A stretch of 56,178 nt of DNA from Gemmatimonadota bacterium (GTDB lineage Bacteria > 4572-55 > J002): assembly GCA_003697105.1 (NCBI GenBank), contig RFFQ01000160.1:1-56178 (forward strand), given 5' to 3'. The notes beneath the pieces are model-generated. The model did not search any database. It saw nothing but the letters and a program-made list of their open reading frames with translations, and was not told where the DNA came from. Of this stretch, positions 50,101 through 56,178 are shown in pieces. The number at the start of each line of letters is the position of its first letter. Within the stretch, counting starts at the first letter, position 1. The translations under genes were made by a program, and so were the position numbers.

Positions 50101-50565
50101 TCAACCGTTCAATAAATCCTTGACGATCTGGCTGACAAGCTTCCCATCAGCGACGCCTTTGGTTTGTGGAACAACGATTTTCATCACTTTGCCCATATCA
50201 CGCGGCGATTGCGCCCCACTTTCGGCAATTGCCGCCTGAACCAACTGCGTAATTTCTTCTGTAGAAAGTTGTTTTGGCAGATATTCTTGAACGATCGCTA
50301 ATTCCGCCTCTTCCTGAGCAACATTATCGTCACGTCCCGCGTTCCGGTAGTTCTCAATGGACTCACGGCGCTGTTTGGCGTATTTTGTCAATACGTCCAT
50401 GACTTCTTCGTCATTCAGCGCATAATCACGACCCCTTTCGGCTCGCAAACTTACTTCGGTTTCGAGAATCTTAGCTTTGATCATTCGCAGGACACTTAAT
50501 CGGTCTTTATCTTTCGTTTTCATTGCTGTTTTTAAGTCAGCTAGGATTTTGTCTTTTAGAGACAT
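50101..50565 (-). CDS. yqeY: GatB/YqeY domain protein
   Basis: DLKTAMK, KQRRES, YLPKQLS, DMGKVM and ADGK; follows rpsU. Confidence 0.93.
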   Translation of the reverse strand: MSLKDKILADLKTAMKTKDKDRLSVLRMIKAKILETEVSLRAERGRDYALNDEEVMDVLTKYAKQRRESIENYRNAGRDDNVAQEEAELAIVQEYLPKQLSTEEITQLVQAAIAESGAQSPRDMGKVMKIVVPQTKGVADGKLVSQIVKDLLNG

Positions 50566-50588
50566 TTGTGATTCTCCTCACAACATGA

Positions 50589-50783
50589 TTAATTGTCCAT
50601 CGCCTGTATTTTGCGTTGACGGCGTCGGGCGGCATTCATCCGGCGTTTCCGCCGTTCGCTCGGTTTTTCAAAATAGCGGTTCTTACGAATTTCCGCCATA
50701 TAACCGGAACGCTCGCATTGACGCTTAAACCGTCTCAATGCACTTTCCAACGACTCATTATCATTGACTAATACATGTGGCAT
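50589..50783 (-). CDS. rpsU: 30S ribosomal protein S21
   Basis: [12 protein letters not shown] and [11 protein letters not shown]. Confidence 0.97.
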   Translation of the reverse strand: MPHVLVNDNESLESALRRFKRQCERSGYMAEIRKNRYFEKPSERRKRRMNAARRRQRKIQAMDN

Positions 50784-50903
50784 GTGCTACGCCTCCTTCC
50801 TGAAGTGGTGTTGAACGAAGACCTTCGTCCACAAAAATGGCTGAAAACGGAAAAAGACGCAACTAAGTGTCCTGACGTACCTCAAACAACTTCGGTCACA
50901 GAA

Positions 50904-51245
50904 TTATCCTAAACCTTTTAATTGGCGTCCACCTAACAAATGAAAATGCAAATGATGGACTATCTGTCCGCCCTCGGCACCCGTGTTCGTAATAACGCGG
51001 TACCCGGATTCCGCAATGCCTTTCTGCGCCGCAATTTGGGGAATGACGCTCATCATGTATCCCAATAAGTCCGCATTGGCGGCATTCACCTCATTCATGG
51101 AAGCAATGTGATCTTTCGGAATCACTAAAACATGAACTGGTGCTCGAGGATTAATATCTTCAAACACCAGCACTCGATCATCTTCGTAAACAATGGTTGA
51201 CGGAATTTCATTACGGACAATTTTACAAAAAATACAGTCGTTTAT
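50904..51245 (-). CDS. hinT: Histidine-triad nucleotide-binding protein (HinT-like)
   Basis: DCIFCKI, DINPRAPVHVLVIPK and HLHFHLLGGR. Start uncertain: ATA 51245, GTG 51254 or ATG 51281. Confidence 0.92.
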   Translation of the reverse strand: MNDCIFCKIVRNEIPSTIVYEDDRVLVFEDINPRAPVHVLVIPKDHIASMNEVNAANADLLGYMMSVIPQIAAQKGIAESGYRVITNTGAEGGQIVHHLHFHLLGGRQLKGLG

Positions 51246-51373
51246 GATTGTCACCTCCCTTAATTTAGTGGTGAGTAACATAATAAAAATCAGATGACTA
51301 AGCAATACTTTTTCCTACATTTGCTCGAGGTCGCATTCTGACTATTATCCCGCCCAGTTTTGCAAAGATGATA

Positions 51374-51402
51374 TTGACAATTAGCAAATTACACCGTAAG
51401 AT
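51374..51402 (+). promoter_or_regulatory. sigma70-type promoter of pdxST
   Basis: TTGACA-17bp-TAAGAT. Confidence 0.65.
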
Positions 51403-51484
51403 CAAGCCCATAATCAATAGGTTCTTCCACCTTTTGTGAAGGTCAGATAGATTTTTTGAATCCTTTTTAGAGACGAGGTACACT

Positions 51485-52366
51485 ATGGAAAAAGGTACGT
51501 ATGAAGTCAAAGTGGGTTTAGCCGAAATGCTAAAAGGGGGCGTGATCATGGATGTCACCACACCCGACCAAGCTAAAATTGCCGAGGATGCCGGTGCTGC
51601 CGCGGTCATGGCGTTGGAACGTATTCCGGCAGATATTCGGGTGGCGGGAGGTGTCGCTCGTATGTCCGATCCCGCGATCATCCAAAAAATCCAAGAAGCC
51701 GTCTCCATCCCGGTAATGGCAAAATGCCGTATCGGACACTTTGTGGAAGCCCAGATTTTGCAAGAAATGGGCATTGATTTTATCGATGAAAGCGAAGTAC
51801 TCACCCCGGCAGATGAAGCCCATCATATTGATAAACATCCATTTAAAGTACCCTTTGTTTGCGGCTGCCGTAACCTTGGGGAAGCATTACGACGCATCGG
51901 TGAAGGCGCCGCAATGATCCGCACAAAAGGGGAAGCCGGCACCGGAAACGTGGTGGAAGCCGTGCGACACATGCGCGCGGTAATGGGCGAAATTCGCAAA
52001 TTGACCACAATGGACGACGCCGAACTGATGGCAGAAGCCAAACATCTGGGAGCACCCTATGAACTGGTCAAACAAACGGCAAAATTAGGTAAGCTACCGG
52101 TACCAAACTTCGCCGCCGGTGGGGTGGCAACACCCGCAGACGCCGCATTAATGATGCAATTGGGGGCAGAAGCGGTCTTTGTAGGTTCCGGCATCTTTAA
52201 ATCCGAAGACCCTAAACCTCGTGCGGTTGCAATTGTTCAAGCCGTAACACATTACCAAGACCCGGAAGTGCTCCTGCGCGTGTCTACCAATCTGGGTAAA
52301 CCCATGGTCGGGATCAATCTGGATACGCTCAGTGATGAAGAGCGGTTAGCACATCGAGGTTGGTAA
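51485..52366 (+). CDS. pdxS: Pyridoxal 5'-phosphate synthase subunit PdxS
   Basis: [34 protein letters not shown] and [13 protein letters not shown]. Confidence 0.98.
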   Translation: MEKGTYEVKVGLAEMLKGGVIMDVTTPDQAKIAEDAGAAAVMALERIPADIRVAGGVARMSDPAIIQKIQEAVSIPVMAKCRIGHFVEAQILQEMGIDFIDESEVLTPADEAHHIDKHPFKVPFVCGCRNLGEALRRIGEGAAMIRTKGEAGTGNVVEAVRHMRAVMGEIRKLTTMDDAELMAEAKHLGAPYELVKQTAKLGKLPVPNFAAGGVATPADAALMMQLGAEAVFVGSGIFKSEDPKPRAVAIVQAVTHYQDPEVLLRVSTNLGKPMVGINLDTLSDEERLAHRGW

Positions 52367-52367
52367 G

Positions 52368-52937
52368 ATGGCACGACATCTCGGAATTTTGGCATTGCAA
52401 GGTGATTTTGCCAAGCATGCCGCCATGCTGAAACAGCTAGACGTCGCATATTCACTGATCAAAAAACCATCAGACTTAGCCCCTTGCGACGGGCTGATCA
52501 TCCCCGGCGGAGAATCAACCACGATGACCATCTTAATGCACAAATATGAGCTATACCCGGCCGTAACGGAATTTGCCCAAAACTACCCGGTGATGGGCAC
52601 ATGTGCCGGTATGATCATGGTTGCGAATCAAGTGGATGATGAACGAGTTGACCCACTACACCTCATTAATATCAAGGTGTTACGAAACGCCTATGGCCGG
52701 CAGATTGACTCCTTCACTACAATGATTGAATTGCCTTTTTTAGATGACCCCTCACCGTTTCAGGCGGTGTTTATCCGGGCACCCCAAATAGAGACTACCG
52801 GGGAGGGCGTGATGATTCTGCTCCACTGGCAAGACCAGCCTATTATGGTACGCAACGAGACCGTGTTAGCGTTGGCATTCCACCCGGAACTAACCCGTGA
52901 CCCACGAATTCACCGTTATTTTTTGGAGAACTTTTAA
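52368..52937 (+). CDS. pdxT: PLP synthase glutaminase subunit PdxT
   Basis: LALQG, IPGGESTT, GTCAG, RNAYGRQ, FIRAP and FHPEL. Confidence 0.97.
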   Translation: MARHLGILALQGDFAKHAAMLKQLDVAYSLIKKPSDLAPCDGLIIPGGESTTMTILMHKYELYPAVTEFAQNYPVMGTCAGMIMVANQVDDERVDPLHLINIKVLRNAYGRQIDSFTTMIELPFLDDPSPFQAVFIRAPQIETTGEGVMILLHWQDQPIMVRNETVLALAFHPELTRDPRIHRYFLENF

Positions 52938-52939
52938 CG

Positions 52940-52980
52940 AAAGAAACCCCCAATTGGATACTCCATTCGGGGTTTCTTTT
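52940..52980 (+). terminator. Intrinsic terminator after pdxT
   Basis: AAAGAAACCCC...GGGGTTTCTTTT stem. Confidence 0.65.
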
Positions 52981-52986
52981 CCTCCT

Positions 52987-53991
52987 ATGCCCGCCGCGTC
53001 AATCATCATTCCAAACTTTAATGGCAAGATGCACCTGCAACGGTTATTACCGTCGCTTTTTACCCAATCCGAAACCGATATTGAAGTAATTGTGGTGGAT
53101 AATGGCTCCTCGGATGGCTCTGTGGAGTGGGTACAACGCCTGTTTCCGCACGTATTTGTCTTACCCCATAGGAGCAACGAAGGCTTTGCCCTCGCGTGCA
53201 ATCGGGGCATTGCCAATGCCCACAGTGAAAATCTGATTATTTTAAACAACGATACTGTAGTGGAACCGGAGTTTGTGCGGAAAATGCTCGAAGCCGCCAC
53301 CGGTACGGCTGTTGGAATGGTAGCAGCAAAAGTGTATCATGGATTTGAAGGAAACATTCTCGATTCGGTGGGATTGCAACTTCACCGCAACGGGATGGGA
53401 ACCCTGATCGGTCACGGCGAACCAGACCAAGGTCAGTGGGATGACGTTATACCGTTTGCTCCTAGCGGTGTGGCAGCACTCTACAAACGACAGATGCTCG
53501 ATCAGGTCGGGCGGTTTGATGCCAATTTTTTTGCCTATTATGAAGACCTTGATCTCGGTTTCCGGGCGCGGCTAGCCGGTTGGCAATGTGTATCTGCCCC
53601 CCAAGCGATTGTCCGGCATGAGCATTCCGCCACAAGCCACTCTTTTGATAATGCCTTCAAAATATACTACTTACACCGCAATAAACTGTGGATGATCATC
53701 AAAAACTATCCAGCACATCTGCTGGTACGGTATCTAGTTAATATTTTGTTTTACGATCTCCTTGCCGCCACCGCCTCGATCTGCCGGGATCACACCCTCG
53801 CCGGAATCCGTGCTCGTTGGGATGCGGTAAAAGCGTTTCCTCAGCGGCTACGCCAACGCCGGCAAATTCAACGGGGGTGCACCCTTCCTCACAAGGAACT
53901 GGAACACTGGTTTCAACCGTCCGGGTCACCTACAGCCTACACGAATCACACATCTGCAGAGACCGAGCGATATTCTTCACGCACCGGATAA
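52987..53991 (+). CDS. Glycosyltransferase family 2 (WbbL-like)
   Basis: SIIIPNFNG, VVDNGSSDGS, NEGFALACN, LNNDT and YYEDLDL; probable start at ATG 52987. Confidence 0.9.
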   Translation: MPAASIIIPNFNGKMHLQRLLPSLFTQSETDIEVIVVDNGSSDGSVEWVQRLFPHVFVLPHRSNEGFALACNRGIANAHSENLIILNNDTVVEPEFVRKMLEAATGTAVGMVAAKVYHGFEGNILDSVGLQLHRNGMGTLIGHGEPDQGQWDDVIPFAPSGVAALYKRQMLDQVGRFDANFFAYYEDLDLGFRARLAGWQCVSAPQAIVRHEHSATSHSFDNAFKIYYLHRNKLWMIIKNYPAHLLVRYLVNILFYDLLAATASICRDHTLAGIRARWDAVKAFPQRLRQRRQIQRGCTLPHKELEHWFQPSGSPTAYTNHTSAETERYSSRTG

Positions 53992-54284
53992 AACACGTCC
54001 AACAATTGGCATGCCGTAAGCGCTCGCCCGGAATGCGGGACATCCCCCGGAATAACCGCCACTTGTCCCGGTTCTAAAATCTGCGTTTCGCCATCGATAG
54101 TCAATTCATACCGTCCAGCGAGCACATGTGCTACTTGCTGGTGGGGGTGTTGGTGTTCCGGCAAGGGTGCCCCGTCCGCCACATCCCAATACGCGAACGT
54201 CATTTGCTCCGTGTGAATGAATTTTGCCGTGTAGCCAGGGATAATTTCGATACCAGTAATACGCGATAAAGTATAAAAATACAT
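53946..54284 (-). CDS. Cupin domain protein
   Basis: PEHQHPHQQ...IPGDVPH...LDVFYPVREEY; GGAG RBS. Confidence 0.9.
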   Translation of the reverse strand: MYFYTLSRITGIEIIPGYTAKFIHTEQMTFAYWDVADGAPLPEHQHPHQQVAHVLAGRYELTIDGETQILEPGQVAVIPGDVPHSGRALTACQLLDVFYPVREEYRSVSADV

Positions 54285-54307
54285 CGTGGAATCTCCTTTA
54301 AATTAAA

Positions 54308-54343
54308 CATGCCTCATCGATGGTTGTATTTCGATGAGGCATG
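54308..54343. terminator. Hairpin downstream of the E2 gene (terminator-like)
   Basis: CATGCCTCATCGA-10nt-TCGATGAGGCATG is a perfect 13-bp stem. Confidence 0.7.
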
Positions 54344-54368
54344 ATTTATGTCCTTCATTATAAACCGG

Positions 54369-55775
54369 TTACAACGGTAAGTTGGGATTAAAATTTTCCA
54401 GATTACGGGCAATTTGTTCCAAAAACATGCCGCCCATTGCCCCATCAATGATGCGATGGTCGAATGAAAGCGTCATATACATCATAGAGCGAATCGCAAT
54501 TGTATCTCCAAATTGAGGATGCTCAATTACCACGGGACGTTTTTTAATCGCTCCGGTTGCCAAAATCGCCACTTGGGGTTGATTGATAATTGGAGTACCG
54601 GTCAAATTACCAAAAACACCGATGTTGGTGATGGTAAATGTCCCGTCCATCACTTCATCGGGGCGAAGTTGTTTGTTGCGCGCGCGATCTGCCAAGTCAT
54701 TGATGGCAATCGCCATACCTCGCATACTGAGTTGATCTGCATTTTTGATAACCGGTACGATCAAACCCGCATTGGGTAAGGCGACGGCAATCCCTAAATT
54801 GATATATTTTTTGATGATAATCTGATCCCCCTCAACCGAGCCATTGACCCACGGGTACTCTTTGAGAGCCTTAATAACCGCATCTGCGATGAACGGAGTC
54901 GGCGTAAGTTTAACACCCTCTTGCTCAAAAAATTGGGCTTTATACTTTTCACGATAGTTGACAATATGAGTCATATCGACTTCCGTTGTAGCCGTAACAT
55001 GCGGCGAGGTCTGGATGCTGTGTACCATGTGTTTGGCAATGAGCTTGCGCATGTTGTCCATTTCCACAATATCGACATTACCCCGCGAGACCGTTTGTGC
55101 CGCCGCTGGTGCTGGGATAGAAGTTGGCACCGCCGGGGGCTTCGGTGCTGCCGGTGCGGCAGCCGGTTGTGGAGGTACTGGAGCGGCTTTACGTCGTTCC
55201 AGATAGTTCAGCAGGTCTTTTTTAGTCACCCGACCGCGATCACCTGTGCCGGGGATTGATTCCAATTCATCCATTGAGATGCCTTCTTCCTTCGCAATAC
55301 GCTGTACCAGCGGCGAGAAGAAGCGAGAACGTTCCTGAGGTACCGGTGTCTCCGGTTGTGGGGCAGGGGCCGCCGGAGCTGGCGGCGCAGGAAGCGGTTC
55401 AGGTTGAGATTCCGGTTGTGGGGTAGGGGCTGGCGGCGCAGGAACCGGTTCGGGTTGAGATTCCGGTTGCGGGACAGGGGCAGAAGAGGACGCTTCACTC
55501 TGTGCCGCCTCAATGGCCGATTTTGCGGCCTCGATATCCGTTTCAATCCAAGCAATAACACTCCCGACTTCGACCGTGTCATCTTCTTTTGCCAACAATT
55601 TGGTAATAACACCGCTCTCTGGGGACGGAATCTCTGAATCAACTTTATCGGTACTAATTTCCAAAATATTTTCATCTTTTTCGACACGGTCCCCCACGTT
55701 CTTGTACCATTGGAGAATAGTTCCTTCCGTAATACTCTCACCCATTTGGGGCATGACCATTTCAATCTTCGCCAT
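54369..55775 (-). CDS. 2-oxoacid dehydrogenase E2, dihydrolipoamide acyltransferase (SucB/BkdB-like)
   Basis: Lipoyl domain MPQMGESITEG..STDKVDSE, E3-binding GTGDRGRVTKKD and catalytic DHRIIDG; ATG 55775 after GGAG. Confidence 0.95.
   Translation of the reverse strand: MAKIEMVMPQMGESITEGTILQWYKNVGDRVEKDENILEISTDKVDSEIPSPESGVITKLLAKEDDTVEVGSVIAWIETDIEAAKSAIEAAQSEASSSAPVPQPESQPEPVPAPPAPTPQPESQPEPLPAPPAPAAPAPQPETPVPQERSRFFSPLVQRIAKEEGISMDELESIPGTGDRGRVTKKDLLNYLERRKAAPVPPQPAAAPAAPKPPAVPTSIPAPAAAQTVSRGNVDIVEMDNMRKLIAKHMVHSIQTSPHVTATTEVDMTHIVNYREKYKAQFFEQEGVKLTPTPFIADAVIKALKEYPWVNGSVEGDQIIIKKYINLGIAVALPNAGLIVPVIKNADQLSMRGMAIAINDLADRARNKQLRPDEVMDGTFTITNIGVFGNLTGTPIINQPQVAILATGAIKKRPVVIEHPQFGDTIAIRSMMYMTLSFDHRIIDGAMGGMFLEQIARNLENFNPNLPL
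55378..55469. repeat. 51-bp-period direct repeat in the E2 Pro-rich linker
   Basis: Two near-identical copies encoding PQPESQPEPxPAPPAP. Confidence 0.8.
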
Positions 55776-55831
55776 AAGACACTCCTTCAAAATGTTATAA
55801 AAATGTTTGATTCCAACCAGAATAACGGGGT

Positions 55832-56178
55832 TTATGCCGATGCTTTCGCCACAGCCTCTTCCGAAATATCCGGTAGCTCGGCAAAGCCGTTCGTCGCTTG
55901 TTGAATCGCGGTGGAAAGAGCTCTCACATACACCCAGAGGAGTTTGGTTTCATTAACATGCCCTTCCAAAGCAGATTTCAAACTCAATAATACTGCCAGC
56001 ATATTGGCAAATTCGTGTTCAAGCCGGGCGGTACGGTTGTTCAAATCTGCCACATTTTCCTTCAAGACGGCGACATCTTCCTTCAAGACGGCAACATCTT
56101 CCTTCAAGACGGCGACATCTTCCTTCAAGACGGCAACATCTTCCTTCAAGACGGCGACATCTTCCTTCAAGACGGCAA
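55832..56178 (-). CDS. Coiled-coil protein, 3' part (start lies beyond the window)
   Basis: Open frame with VAVLKED heptads followed by a unique helical C-terminus. Confidence 0.7.
   Translation of the reverse strand, partial: AVLKEDVAVLKEDVAVLKEDVAVLKEDVAVLKEDVAVLKENVADLNNRTARLEHEFANMLAVLLSLKSALEGHVNETKLLWVYVRALSTAIQQATNGFAELPDISEEAVAKASA
56056..56178. repeat. 21-bp tandem repeat encoding the heptad VAVLKED
   Basis: ttccttcaagacggcRacatc repeated to the window end. Confidence 0.93.

Noticed and set aside
51298-51804. Long antisense ORFs over pdxS (likewise over dnaK, degP, the ABC genes and the GH genes)
   Set aside because: These are typical antisense shadows of conserved genes, with no motifs or RBS.
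1-56178. tRNA, rRNA, transposase, integrase, prophage or defence genes
   Set aside because: None recognised by eye; tRNAscan, Rfam and DefenseFinder were not run.

Overview
Bacterial chromosomal window, probably from a diderm FCB-superphylum organism outside the Bacteroidota. This is inferred from a 'QNYPNPFNPTT'-type C-terminal sorting domain, pdxST, and canonical TTGACA sigma70 promoters with GGAGG Shine-Dalgarno sites. The main element is a ~26 kb beta-1,3-glucan (laminarin-type) locus at 4198-30324, made of two convergent operons. Each is driven by a TTGACA-17bp promoter overlapped by the same 23-bp palindromic operator core, and a ROK repressor is encoded inside. The locus carries GH16, GH17, GH3, a GH161-like phosphorylase, an Opp/Dpp-family ABC importer, a GPH-family MFS symporter and two non-catalytic proteins built from the same two repeated modules. 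It has no SusC/SusD, but its first gene fuses a clan GH-A hydrolase to a probable outer-membrane beta-barrel, which is the best candidate for an undescribed cleave-and-import system. The rest of the window holds a TolA-like fragment, a giant TPR protein, MFS, HD-GYP and HAD genes, and an MCP-like protein coupled to a pseudo-receiver sigma54 activator. It also holds a TPR-wHTH protein, a frameshifted exported gene, a hsp20-degP-fmdB-dnaK operon with a probable sigma54 promoter, short tandem-repeat tracts, and housekeeping genes (SSS, yqeY, rpsU, hinT, pdxST, GT2, cupin, E2 acyltransferase). No rRNA, tRNA, CRISPR or transposase was recognised. All family calls come from reading motifs; no searches were run.
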